From assembly GCA_964639125.1 (NCBI GenBank), contig CAZWZW010000001.1, positions 14,483-78,482 of the forward strand: a DNA stretch of 64,000 bases, written 5' to 3'. The notes beneath the pieces were generated by a model that saw only the letters and a program-made list of their open reading frames with translations, made no database searches and was not told where the DNA came from. This document shows positions 1 to 9,303 of this stretch, piece after piece. The DNA comes from an uncultured Verrucomicrobiota bacterium (GTDB lineage Bacteria > Verrucomicrobiota > Kiritimatiellia > Kiritimatiellales > Pontiellaceae). Position 1 is the stretch's first letter. Every line of letters begins with the position of its first letter. A program made the position numbers and the translations under genes.

Positions 1-2
1 TG

Positions 3-413
3 AAAATCAATGCAAAGGGACTGCCGGCCGGGCTGCGCAAGGGCAGCGGATCATTGCACTGGAAGTTTGGGCTGGAGCAGCCGGGCCAATACCGTATCGA
101 GGTGTTGACCAATCGACATTGGAGCCATGAATGGGTCGACGGGGTTCATCTGAGAATCGAGACGGGGGGAATGGCCACGGGGGGTGGTTTGCAGCAGGAT
201 ATCGAACGCGATAATATTCAGTCGAAATACCACCCGGAAACCATCAGCCATCTTGGGGAGGTTGGGTTTGACCGGCCGGGTATGCAGGATCTGAAGTTAA
301 CGGTCACTGAAATGCCGGATGGCGTGGCGAAGGATCCTCTGTGCGAGGATCTCGAGGATGATCAAACCCTGAATTTGATTGAACTCCGGCTTGTACCGGC
401 GAATGAAGGATAA
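3..413 (+). CDS. hypothetical protein, C-terminal fragment (5' end lies upstream of the window)
   Basis: Frame 3 is open from the window edge to TAA at 411-413. The lyase start with its own RBS follows 4 nt later. No catalytic motif recognised. Confidence 0.5.
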   Translation, partial: KINAKGLPAGLRKGSGSLHWKFGLEQPGQYRIEVLTNRHWSHEWVDGVHLRIETGGMATGGGLQQDIERDNIQSKYHPETISHLGEVGFDRPGMQDLKLTVTEMPDGVAKDPLCEDLEDDQTLNLIELRLVPANEG

Positions 414-417
414 CCTT

Positions 418-3400
418 ATGATGCGTTTTGTTTGCTTTCTATCACTCTGTCTGGTCGCTGCTTCTTCGGCGAATATCCCCATCGCCGGAGCTTCGTTTGA
501 GAATAGGGATGAGCTCGAAAACTTTTCCGGTAGCGGGGCGGAGATTGTAGGCGAACGGGCACAGTTTGGTTCCAACTCGTTACGGTGGATGTTCAAACCC
601 GCCGGAACCCTGGTTGTATCAGGTATCCGTTCGCTGTCGCCGGAGGAGAGCGGCTCGAAATATGGTTCGCACTTTCCGCTCAGTCCGGCATTTGTGATGT
701 CGCTTTACAACGGGAACCCGTTGAAGGACAAGCTGCGGATCGAATTCAATGGGGAAACGTACTTTGATCTGAATCTCGATTTTAAAGGATGGCGGACGGT
801 CTGGGTTCCGTTTCACGAGATGAGTGGGAAGCCCCCGGTTCCTGAAGCGCCCTATCCGGTGGAACAGGTTCGTTTCGTTGCGCCACCGGCTGCAGGAACA
901 CTTTGGTTCGACGATATTGTCTTTAGTCAATACATTGACGATCGCCATCCATACCCGGGGCTCGAAGTACCGTTCATTAAAGAGGGTGGTGCGCATGTCC
1001 ACGACCACTGGATGCCCAAACTGCCGCATTGGAAACTGCTTTCCGGACTTTCGGTTTTACCCATTTCGGCAGTACAGGAAGCTGACCTCCAGACGGTGAA
1101 GGACCGGTTGCGCTCGGTCTATTCCAAAAAAGTTTCGCGACCCGTCGGAGCACAATGGTTCCGAAAAAAACTCAACTTCGAAAAGCCGCTAAAAATAGGC
1201 AAGCAGATCGAGCCGGTGCGATATATCAACCCCGACTATAACGATCTGCGTGATTTTGGCAAAACGATGCTCAAGCTGGCGGGCGAGTCGCTTTCGACCG
1301 GTGATCCGCAACTGGCGGACCTGTTCGCCGAAGCCGCAGCCTATTCCCTTGATCAGGGATGGGCGGCCGGCAGTTCCCAGGGAACGGCGCACCATATCGG
1401 CTACAGCACGCGCGAGCTGCAAACCGCCTTCTTCATGATGAAGGATACGCTTCAGGAGCGGGGATTGCTGGAGGCCATCGGCAACTCGGTGCGCTGGCAG
1501 CTCAATTTTGGTGAAATGCTCGACCCCGAACATTTGGAATCGAATCTCGACTATTATAACACGCAGTCGGTATTCCGCCTGATGTCGGCCTTCCTGACCC
1601 ACGATCCCGCGCGACAGGTGGCGTTGCTCAAAACCTATTCGGACCACCTGTCTGCCGCGCTGGCGCTGACCAACAGTCAGGGGTTCCGTCCTGATGGTAC
1701 GGCATGGCATCATTATGGACATTATCCCGCCTATGCCACGGGCGCGTTCGACCGCGTTCCCGTCAGCCTCAAGGCATTGGCCGGCACCTCGTTCCGGATC
1801 GGCGAAGCCGGGCATGCCAACTTCAAGCGCGCGTTTATGGCGGCAACGATCTACAGCAATCCGCTCTACTGGGGACTCGGCCAGGCCGGACGTCATCCAT
1901 TGGGCGGAAACATCAACAAGTTGAAGGATGCCTGTTTGTCGCTCGCTTTGAGTGGCACCCCCGACGGGAAGCAAGCAATCGATGCCGAGGTGGCTTCCTG
2001 CTATGTCCGGTTGTGGGGCGAGCCCGAGGGCAATCTGTTTGCGGGGCTTGATCTGGATGTTGAACCGCCGAACGGCCACTGGACGTTTCCGTATGCTGCG
2101 CTGTCCGTCCACCGTCGCGCCGACTGGTCGGTGAACATCAAGGGCTACAACCGCAATGTTTGGGCATCGGAAATCTACAACCTGGACAACCGTTATGGTC
2201 GCTACCAATCCAATGGCGTCGTGCAAATTCTTCCCAACCTGTCGCAGGACGCAGCGGGTTATACCGAAGCCGGGTGGGACTGGAACCATCCGCCGGGGGC
2301 CACCACCATCGAGCGCCCGTTCGCCGAGCTGGAGCCGAAAAAGTCGCTCGTCATGTTTAAGTCGGAGGAAACCTATGCCGGCGGCTGCGCTCTCCATGGC
2401 GACGGCGTCTGGGCCATGAAACTTAATGAGGCCGCCGGATTCACCATCGACCCGGTCAAAGTGAAGATGTCATTTCCCGGCAACCTCAAGGCGCGCAAGT
2501 CGGTCTTTTGTTTTGGCGAACAGCTGCTCTGTCTCGGATCGGATATCGAGGCCGACGATCCCTCCGCACCGGTTCACACCACGCTTTTTCAGAATGGTAT
2601 CAAGCAGGTTGACGATACCATCTACGGCAATGGGCGGGGATTGCTGCTCGATCCCATCGGAAACGGATATAAAATTTTAGACGACTCAAGGGTTGTTGTA
2701 ACCGTTGGTGAGCAATCGTCACCGAATAATAAGTATTCACTTTGGACCGGTAAGGGTAAAATGGGGGCACCTGCGAGTGCCTCCGGGTTGTTTGCCAAGG
2801 CGTGGATCGACCACGGCTCGGCACCGGCAGACGATTCATATGCCTATGCCGTCTACCCGCAGGTTGGAAGTGTTGATTTCCAAGCCTTGGGAAAGCGTAT
2901 CGCAGCGTTCCCTTCCCTTGGAATCCTCCGTCAGGACCATATTGCCCACATTGTGGAGGATGCCGAAAGCAAGACCATTGCCTATGCCTGCTTTGAGGCG
3001 GGATCGCTGGAGGAGGGCTGGCTGGAATCGGTGTCGGTTCCTTGTTACGTGATGATCCAGGAGGGTGCCGATTCACTGAACCTGGCTGTCGCGAATCCTG
3101 ATCTCAATCAGGAGTATGACGAGGTCAAAGGCAATTACCATGGCGATTCCAGGGAAGCACGGGTCACCCTCAAGCTGGCCGGGGCCTGGAAGGTGAAGGG
3201 TGTCGCCGAGGCCTGGACGGTGGCCGACGGGGATTCTACGCTGTTGAACGTGAAGTGCATTGAAGGAAAATCGATGGGGATCGAGTTGGAACGGAGCCGG
3301 GATCAATCCCGGTTTGAACAGGCACAATTGCTCAACTGGAAACCGCTTTTCAAAAGCCGCGGGTCGCAGGATTGGATTGCCGATGGCAGGTTTTCAACCG

Positions 3401-4017
3401 TTAAAGATACGCCTGATGGGATGGAATTTTCAGCCGGACCTGAGGAGTGGAACCATGCGCACCATGATGTGCTGTGGACTAAGGTTTCGTTCAAGGGCGA
3501 CCTGAAGATCGAATACGACTACACCCGCCTCGACGACATCCACAAATGGGTCAATATTCTCTATATCCAGGCGACAGGGAAAGGAGGTCTATTCTCGAAG
3601 GACATCATGGACTGGGCGGACTACCGCAAGGAACCGTGGATGAAGTACTATTTCAACAACATGAAACTGTTGCACATCAGCTATGCCGCCTACGGCCGTG
3701 ACGACAACGGCGTCGATGACGACTATGTGCGCTGCCGTCGCTATCCCAAGGATCTGAATGGCGATTTTTCCAAAACGGAGATCAAGCCCGACTCGTTTCG
3801 AACCGGGCTGTTCCGCACCGGCAAGACCTACCACATTACCGCTCTTAAGAAGGGCGACCGGCTGTTCTTCAATGTTGAGGGCGATGGCAAGGAACGGCTG
3901 TTTGCCTGGCAGTCTCCATTGATCAGCGAAGTGACCGAGGGTCGCATCGGCCTGCGCCACATGTGGATGAAATCCGCCCGCTATAAAAATTTTACGGTTT
4001 CCGTTTTGGAGAAATAG
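418..4017 (+). CDS. polysaccharide lyase family 8, chondroitin sulfate ABC lyase-like, with extra C-terminal DUF1961-like domain
   Basis: 1199-aa ORF from ATG 418, with a GAAGGA RBS 8 nt upstream and a signal-peptide-like N-terminus MMRFVCFLSLCLVAASSA. Chondroitinase-ABC-like signatures: RPDGTAWHHYGHYPAY, AGRHPLGG, NVWASEIYNLDNRYGRYQSNGVVQI, GWDWNHPPGATTI. The ORF-track start at 379 overlaps the upstream gene and was not used. Confidence 0.88.
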   Translation: MMRFVCFLSLCLVAASSANIPIAGASFENRDELENFSGSGAEIVGERAQFGSNSLRWMFKPAGTLVVSGIRSLSPEESGSKYGSHFPLSPAFVMSLYNGNPLKDKLRIEFNGETYFDLNLDFKGWRTVWVPFHEMSGKPPVPEAPYPVEQVRFVAPPAAGTLWFDDIVFSQYIDDRHPYPGLEVPFIKEGGAHVHDHWMPKLPHWKLLSGLSVLPISAVQEADLQTVKDRLRSVYSKKVSRPVGAQWFRKKLNFEKPLKIGKQIEPVRYINPDYNDLRDFGKTMLKLAGESLSTGDPQLADLFAEAAAYSLDQGWAAGSSQGTAHHIGYSTRELQTAFFMMKDTLQERGLLEAIGNSVRWQLNFGEMLDPEHLESNLDYYNTQSVFRLMSAFLTHDPARQVALLKTYSDHLSAALALTNSQGFRPDGTAWHHYGHYPAYATGAFDRVPVSLKALAGTSFRIGEAGHANFKRAFMAATIYSNPLYWGLGQAGRHPLGGNINKLKDACLSLALSGTPDGKQAIDAEVASCYVRLWGEPEGNLFAGLDLDVEPPNGHWTFPYAALSVHRRADWSVNIKGYNRNVWASEIYNLDNRYGRYQSNGVVQILPNLSQDAAGYTEAGWDWNHPPGATTIERPFAELEPKKSLVMFKSEETYAGGCALHGDGVWAMKLNEAAGFTIDPVKVKMSFPGNLKARKSVFCFGEQLLCLGSDIEADDPSAPVHTTLFQNGIKQVDDTIYGNGRGLLLDPIGNGYKILDDSRVVVTVGEQSSPNNKYSLWTGKGKMGAPASASGLFAKAWIDHGSAPADDSYAYAVYPQVGSVDFQALGKRIAAFPSLGILRQDHIAHIVEDAESKTIAYACFEAGSLEEGWLESVSVPCYVMIQEGADSLNLAVANPDLNQEYDEVKGNYHGDSREARVTLKLAGAWKVKGVAEAWTVADGDSTLLNVKCIEGKSMGIELERSRDQSRFEQAQLLNWKPLFKSRGSQDWIADGRFSTVKDTPDGMEFSAGPEEWNHAHHDVLWTKVSFKGDLKIEYDYTRLDDIHKWVNILYIQATGKGGLFSKDIMDWADYRKEPWMKYYFNNMKLLHISYAAYGRDDNGVDDDYVRCRRYPKDLNGDFSKTEIKPDSFRTGLFRTGKTYHITALKKGDRLFFNVEGDGKERLFAWQSPLISEVTEGRIGLRHMWMKSARYKNFTVSVLEK
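3330..4014 (+). other. DUF1961-like (concanavalin-type) domain appended to the lyase
   Basis: About 220 aa lie beyond the usual end of chondroitinase ABC. Motifs: WIADGRF...PDGMEFSAG, HHDVLWTKVSFKGDLKIEYDY, NILYIQATG, LLHISYAAYG, GRIGLRHMW...RYKNFTV. Boundaries are approximate. Confidence 0.5.
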
Positions 4018-4635
4018 ATGAGATTGGATTTCGAAGCAGCCCGTTATCCCGATTATGGTCCCGCATATTCGTTTGCCCGCAGCACGGATCGCGAGGGCGT
4101 TCCACTGGAGGGTGCCGCCGTTCGGTTTGCCTGGGACGAAGCCGGCCTGCATGTTTTTGCCGAACTGGAGGATAGCTGCCTGATTGCGCTCAATCGCAAA
4201 GACGAACAGCTGCACTATGAAAGTGGCGATGTGTTCGAGCTGTTCGTAAAACCGCTGAATGCACCCTACAAGTGGGAGATGTACGCCACTCCGAGCGGGA
4301 ACAAGTCGACGCTGTTTTTCCCGACCTGGCCAACGGAGCTGTCGCCGGTTGAGGCATTGACCCGGCACGACTTTCATCGTTTGGAGGTTTCGGTTGAGGA
4401 GACTTCCCAGGGATGGAACGCGCAGCTGTTTGTTCCGGTTGAGCAGCTCACCGCCCTTGGCGAAGGGTGGGGCGGAGGGACGGCATGGACGGTCTTTTGC
4501 GGGCGCTACAACTATAATTCAGAAAATCTCGCCGAGCCCGAACTTTCCATGGCACCCGCCCTGTCGAAAACGGACTACCACCTGAGCGATGAGTATGCAC
4601 GATTAGTGTTGAACGGGGTATCCTGTCGGTCATGA
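4018..4635 (+). CDS. carbohydrate-binding family 9-like (CBM9/DOMON-type) protein
   Basis: ATG immediately follows the lyase stop. Pattern VRFAWDEAGLHVFAELED...SGDVFELFVKP...YKWEMYATPSG is typical of CBM9-like proteins. No signal peptide seen. Confidence 0.55.
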   Translation: MRLDFEAARYPDYGPAYSFARSTDREGVPLEGAAVRFAWDEAGLHVFAELEDSCLIALNRKDEQLHYESGDVFELFVKPLNAPYKWEMYATPSGNKSTLFFPTWPTELSPVEALTRHDFHRLEVSVEETSQGWNAQLFVPVEQLTALGEGWGGGTAWTVFCGRYNYNSENLAEPELSMAPALSKTDYHLSDEYARLVLNGVSCRS

Positions 4636-5318
4636 ATAACTTATCCATCACACCATCGATCCGCCCTCCTCAACCCGATGTGGAAAACCATATTGTGATG
4701 TGGATGGAGAAATATGGACGTCAGCTGCAGGCCACACGAAACATGCCGGATTGCAAACTGCTGTTTGTTGGAGATTCCATTACCGAGCATTGGCCGCTGG
4801 AAGGCTATGCGCCGGAACTCTGGAATCAATACTACTCACACCACAAAGTGATCAACGCCGGAAGTGGTGGAGACTGCACCGAAAATATTCTGTGGCGGTT
4901 GCAGAACGGACTGCTCGATCATATTGCCCCCCGGTTGGTTGTGCTCATGGCCGGCACCAATAATACCGGCCGCCGGATGGATACGCCTATGGAGATTCGC
5001 AACGGTGTCAGGGCCATCATCGAATGTATCCATGCACACTCGCCCTCCAGTCAAATCCTGCTGCACGCCATTTTTCCCCGTGGGCGTGACTCGTCCGATC
5101 CGATGCGCCTAAACAACGAGGCTGCCAACCGCCTGCTTGAGTCGGTGGCGGAATCCGATTCCCGGATCGAGTTTATTGATATCAATGCCGTTTTCCTTGC
5201 GGATGACGGCATGTTGAGTGAAGACATCATGCCGGACCTGCTCCACCCGGGAGCGGAAGGATACCGGCTGTGGGCGGAAGCAATTGACGATTGGATCAAA
5301 GCCTGTCTGGATGCTTAA
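4632..5318 (+). CDS. SGNH/GDSL hydrolase (PAF-acetylhydrolase-like esterase)
   Basis: SGNH blocks present: LLFVGDSITEHW, NAGSGGDCTEN, LMAGTNN, DLLHPGAEGY. 4-nt ATGA overlap with the upstream gene. Confidence 0.85.
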   Translation: MNNLSITPSIRPPQPDVENHIVMWMEKYGRQLQATRNMPDCKLLFVGDSITEHWPLEGYAPELWNQYYSHHKVINAGSGGDCTENILWRLQNGLLDHIAPRLVVLMAGTNNTGRRMDTPMEIRNGVRAIIECIHAHSPSSQILLHAIFPRGRDSSDPMRLNNEAANRLLESVAESDSRIEFIDINAVFLADDGMLSEDIMPDLLHPGAEGYRLWAEAIDDWIKACLDA

Positions 5319-5321
5319 GGC

Positions 5322-6176
5322 TCAGTGTCCGTTTCGGTAGGCGCGGGGCGTCTGGCCCGTCTCTTTCTTGAAAACCCGGTTGAAGGCCTGGGGCGATCCG
5401 AAGCCCGCCTCCTCGGCGACCCCCGCGATGGAAAGATCGGAGGTACGCAGCAAGGCCATGGCGCGGTTAAGACGATAGTTATGGATGTAGCTTCCGAGCG
5501 GAATGCCAGCGGCTTCTTTAAATAACACGCGCAGGCGCGATTCGGAAAGCTCCAAGGCTTCGGCCACATCGGCCACTACGACCGTCCGGCCACGCCATTC
5601 GGCCATTAGGCGATTCACATTCCGCAGAAGGTTGTCCCGGGGTTCGGGCGGCAGGTCCGTACCGGAGAGCTGTCGATCCTGTTTCAGCGAAAGCAAAAGG
5701 TGGAGCAGTACGGATTGAAGTTGCTCGGCCTGTAGTTCCGAAGGAGGCTGATGCCATTCGTGGAGTAGCTCCTCCAAGGTTTGCTGTGTTCTTTCGCCCA
5801 TATCCATTACCCGGTTTCTCAAGGGCTCAAGGAAGGTTCGGGCTTCCATCTCGAATGTGCAGATCAACCATTTGAGTTGTTGCGAAGCCAACTGGCTGAA
5901 GTGATGGAACTGGTAGGGGAGGATGAGCAGCGCCTGACCGGGACGGAAGGGCAATGCAAGATTGTCGATGTGTACATATCCCTGGGTTTCCAGATTGAAG
6001 AGCAGAACAAAGCGGTGGTGCGACCGGTTTTGCAGCGCTTCCTGCTGCAGCTTCTCTCGGCTCGGTCGAAGAAAAAGAAGGATATTGACCGGGGTCGGCA
6101 ACTTGGTTTGTCCAATACCCTTGAAGTAATCCGGAGGTTCTTCGATTTCCGCCAGGGCTTTTTCGAATGCATTCAT
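5322..6176 (-). CDS. AraC family transcriptional regulator
   Basis: N-terminal cupin-like sensor domain and a C-terminal double HTH (VADVAEALELSESRLRVLFKE...GVAEEAGFGSPQAFNRVFKKETGQTPRAYR). Divergent from the ROK operon. Confidence 0.88.
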   Translation of the reverse strand: MNAFEKALAEIEEPPDYFKGIGQTKLPTPVNILLFLRPSREKLQQEALQNRSHHRFVLLFNLETQGYVHIDNLALPFRPGQALLILPYQFHHFSQLASQQLKWLICTFEMEARTFLEPLRNRVMDMGERTQQTLEELLHEWHQPPSELQAEQLQSVLLHLLLSLKQDRQLSGTDLPPEPRDNLLRNVNRLMAEWRGRTVVVADVAEALELSESRLRVLFKEAAGIPLGSYIHNYRLNRAMALLRTSDLSIAGVAEEAGFGSPQAFNRVFKKETGQTPRAYRNGH

Positions 6177-6307
6177 GGAACTATCCTGCTTATTTCCACC
6201 AAAAAGTCAATATAGTTAACTTTCAGTTAATAGTGATAATTTATTGATCTTTATGTCTATCTGTTCCTGCTCCATGGTGTTTGGCATCACTTGAAAAGGA
6301 AGAAACC

Positions 6308-7705
6308 ATGAACATTGAAGTATCACTTAAACCCGAGCTGGATCCGGATTTTGTTCCGGCCGGACTCTGGAACCGTGCTTATCAGCAGCAGGTGGAAGCA
6401 TCCGGTATGCCGGTCGCCGTTTCCATGGCGCTGGTACGCCCCGACGAAACGTGTTCGATTTTTAAAACCAGCATCTTGCCGCTCACCGATGAAAACGAGG
6501 CGCTGACGCTGCGTTACCTTGAGCGCATCCTCAAATTCCTGTTGTGGCAGCGTGGCGGATGCAAGGTATTGATTGCCGGGTGCGATCCGCTGGCCGAAAA
6601 ACTGGCCGCCATTTATTCCCCCGGCGGCGAGCGTGAATTCGATCACGAATTCTTCGGTGAAAAAACCTATCTCCAACCGTTGGAGGTTCGTGCTTGTTCT
6701 CTCGAGGAAATCCCCGAAGCACATGAACGCTCGATGCCGTTGGGTCGCCATCTCGATGGTTGCCGGATCGGCTTCGACCTTGGCGGGTCCGACCGCAAGT
6801 GCGCGGCAGTGATGGACGGCAAAGTCGTGTTTTCCGAAGAGGTGGAATGGAATCCCTATTTTGAAAACGATCCGACCTATCACATTGAAGGCATCAACGA
6901 CACACTCCAGCGCGCCGCTTCGCATCTGCCGCGTGTCGATGCCATTGGCGGCAGCTCGGCCGGGGTCTACGTCAATAGCGAAGTCCGGGTGGCTTCGCTG
7001 TTTCGCGGGGTGTCGGCGGATGATTTTGAATCGAAAGTCCGCCACATTTTCTTCGATCTCAAGGAACGCTGGGACAATGTTCCGTTCGATGTGGTGAATG
7101 ACGGCGAGGTAACCGCGCTGGCGGGATCGATGTCGATGAATGAAAACGCGGTGCTCGGCCTCGCCATGGGCACCAGCGAAGCGGTTGGCTATGTGACCCC
7201 CGAGGGCAACATTACCCCGATGCTCAACGAGCTGGCCTTTGCTCCGGTGGATTATCGCGATACCGCCCCGGTCGATGAATGGTCGGGCGATGTGGGGTGC
7301 GGCGTGCAGTATTTTTCGCAGCAGGCCGTTGCCCGGCTCGTGCCGGCCTCCGGGATCGAGCTTCCCGTCGATATGCCCTTCCCCGAACAGCTGGTGGCGG
7401 TGCAGAAGCTCATGGCCGAAGGCGATGAGCGTGCGGCGAAAATCTATTCCACCATCGGAACCTACCTTGGATACACGATTGCCCACTATGCCGATTTCTA
7501 CGAAATCAAGAAGATGCTGCTGCTGGGTCGCGTAACCAGCGGACAGGGCGGGACGATCATGATCGAGAAAGCGCGGGAAGTGCTTGCCGCCGAGTTTCCC
7601 GAACTGGAAAAGCAGATTGAAATTGTAACCCCGAACGAGAAGGACAAGCGCCACGGCCAGGCGGTCGCCGCCGCGAGCCTTCCGATGATTGGAGGATCGA
7701 AATGA
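6308..7705 (+). CDS. ROK family sugar kinase with ~150-aa N-terminal extension
   Basis: ATG 6308 follows an AAGGAAG RBS. ROK/actin-fold ATP motif at IGFDLGGSDRKCAAV. Later blocks: GGSSAGVYV, VNDGEVTALAGS. Confidence 0.75.
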   Translation: MNIEVSLKPELDPDFVPAGLWNRAYQQQVEASGMPVAVSMALVRPDETCSIFKTSILPLTDENEALTLRYLERILKFLLWQRGGCKVLIAGCDPLAEKLAAIYSPGGEREFDHEFFGEKTYLQPLEVRACSLEEIPEAHERSMPLGRHLDGCRIGFDLGGSDRKCAAVMDGKVVFSEEVEWNPYFENDPTYHIEGINDTLQRAASHLPRVDAIGGSSAGVYVNSEVRVASLFRGVSADDFESKVRHIFFDLKERWDNVPFDVVNDGEVTALAGSMSMNENAVLGLAMGTSEAVGYVTPEGNITPMLNELAFAPVDYRDTAPVDEWSGDVGCGVQYFSQQAVARLVPASGIELPVDMPFPEQLVAVQKLMAEGDERAAKIYSTIGTYLGYTIAHYADFYEIKKMLLLGRVTSGQGGTIMIEKAREVLAAEFPELEKQIEIVTPNEKDKRHGQAVAAASLPMIGGSK

Positions 7706-8499
7706 ATCCCTATCTTAGATTTGTTCAAAACATCGAGGCCGGTGTAAAAGCGGAAAAGAACCGATCGGTTTCCGGGCAAAAAAAATGTGTGGAATCCGAA
7801 TTCAAAGTGCTGCTGTTTTCGCCGCATCCGGACGACGAGTGCATCACCGGATTGCTGCCGTTGCGCCTACAGCGCGAAGCCGGCAAGCAGATCATCAATG
7901 TTCCGGTGACCTTCGGCAGCAATGTGGAACGCCAGTCCGGGCGGGCCAGGGAGTTGGCTGCGGCCTGCGGCTATCTCGGGTGGAACATCCTCCACACCAC
8001 CGACGACTACCGCAACCTGGAAGTCGACGATATTGTTGCCATCCTGAAGGATGTTCAGCCGGAAACCATCATTATGCCGCATTCGAAGGATTGGAACTCT
8101 CGCCACATTTCCACGCACTTTCTGGTGGTTGAGGCACTTGAGAAAATGCCGGCCGACTTCTCCTGCACGGTGGTTGAAACCGAGTTTTGGGGGGCAATGG
8201 ATGATCCCAACCTGATGGTCGAAGGTGATGCCGGGTTGGTTGCCGATCTGGTGGCGGCGACATCGCTGCACGTCGAAGAGGTTGCCCGCAATCCATACCA
8301 TTTGCTGCTGCCCGCCTGGATGCAGGATAACGTGCGGCGCGGCGGCGAGCTCGTCGGCGGTCAGGGCGGCGCGGTGCCGGATTTTAGCTTTGCCACGCTG
8401 TACCGCCTGCGGAAATGGCAGTGCGGAAAATTTGTTGAGGTACTCGACAGTGGAACGGTGCTCCCTATGGGTTCCGAATTCTTGAAGGAGATATTCTAA
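7702..8499 (+). CDS. PIG-L/LmbE family N-acetyl(hexosaminyl) deacetylase
   Basis: Signature LLFSPHPDDECITG (metal-binding HPDD) plus downstream MPHSKDWNSRH. GGAGGA RBS and ATGA overlap with the ROK stop. Confidence 0.8.
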   Translation: MNPYLRFVQNIEAGVKAEKNRSVSGQKKCVESEFKVLLFSPHPDDECITGLLPLRLQREAGKQIINVPVTFGSNVERQSGRARELAAACGYLGWNILHTTDDYRNLEVDDIVAILKDVQPETIIMPHSKDWNSRHISTHFLVVEALEKMPADFSCTVVETEFWGAMDDPNLMVEGDAGLVADLVAATSLHVEEVARNPYHLLLPAWMQDNVRRGGELVGGQGGAVPDFSFATLYRLRKWQCGKFVEVLDSGTVLPMGSEFLKEIF

Positions 8500-9287
8500 T
8501 GGAAATTATCATTAAGCAGGATGCGTTGACCGGCAGTCAGGCCGCCGCCCGTGTGGTCGCTCGTTTGGTCCGCGAAAAGCCGAATGCCGTCATTGGTCTG
8601 GCCACGGGCAGCACGCCGTTGATGCTCTACAAGGAGCTGATCCGTATGCATAAAGAGGAGGGCCTGGATTTCAGCCGCGTTACCACCTTCAATCTCGATG
8701 AATATATCGGGCTGCCAAAGGAGCACCCGCAATCCTACCACAGCTTTATGTGGAACCATCTCTTTAGTCAGATCAACATCCCGTCTGAGCGAATCCATAT
8801 TCCCGATGGCATGGCGGAGGATATTCCGCTGTCGTGCGCAACCTACGAGGCGGCCATTACGGCGGGCGGGGGGATTGATTTGCAGATCCTGGGCATTGGT
8901 TCCGACGGGCATATCGGGTTTAACGAACCGACCTCGTCGTTTGGCTCGCGTACACGCATCAAGACGCTGACGCAGCAGACCGTGGCCGACAATGCCCGGT
9001 TCTTTGGCGGTGACGAGTCGCAGGTTCCCCGGCACTGCATCACGATGGGTATTGGCACCATTATGGACGCGCGCATGAACCTGATGCTTGCCTTTGGCGA
9101 AAACAAGGCCGAAGCGGTTGCCGCAACCATCGAGGGGCCCGTGACGGCCATCATGCCCGCCTCGATCCTGCAGCACCACCCGATGGCCAAAATCTTTATC
9201 GACGAGGCCGCAGCGTCCAGACTTCAGTTGGTCGACTATTATCGGTGGGTATACAACGGCAAACCGGATTGGCAAAAGGATGCCTAA
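8499..9287 (+). CDS. nagB: glucosamine-6-phosphate deaminase
   Basis: Full-length NagB pattern: VIGLATGSTPL, TFNLDEYIGL, ILGIGSDGHIGFNEP. TAATG overlap with the deacetylase gene. Confidence 0.92.
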   Translation: MEIIIKQDALTGSQAAARVVARLVREKPNAVIGLATGSTPLMLYKELIRMHKEEGLDFSRVTTFNLDEYIGLPKEHPQSYHSFMWNHLFSQINIPSERIHIPDGMAEDIPLSCATYEAAITAGGGIDLQILGIGSDGHIGFNEPTSSFGSRTRIKTLTQQTVADNARFFGGDESQVPRHCITMGIGTIMDARMNLMLAFGENKAEAVAATIEGPVTAIMPASILQHHPMAKIFIDEAAASRLQLVDYYRWVYNGKPDWQKDA

Positions 9288-9303
9288 CTTAAAGGTGGGA
9301 AAG

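Noticed and set aside
1189-2397. 402-aa ORF antisense to the lyase gene
   Set aside because: It lies entirely inside a gene with strong chondroitinase-ABC homology on the other strand. The translation is Arg/Gly/Pro/His-rich with no motifs, which is typical of shadow ORFs in GC-rich DNA.
6214-6231. AGTTAA hexamers repeated 11 bp apart in the AraC/ROK divergent promoter as AraC half-sites
   Set aside because: These are short AT-rich hexamers in an AT-rich region and could easily arise by chance. No third copy or conservation evidence is available from this window.
6323-7654. 443-aa ORF antisense to the ROK kinase gene
   Set aside because: Shadow ORF with no RBS and no recognisable domain. 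The plus-strand gene has ROK motifs and is translationally coupled to its neighbours.
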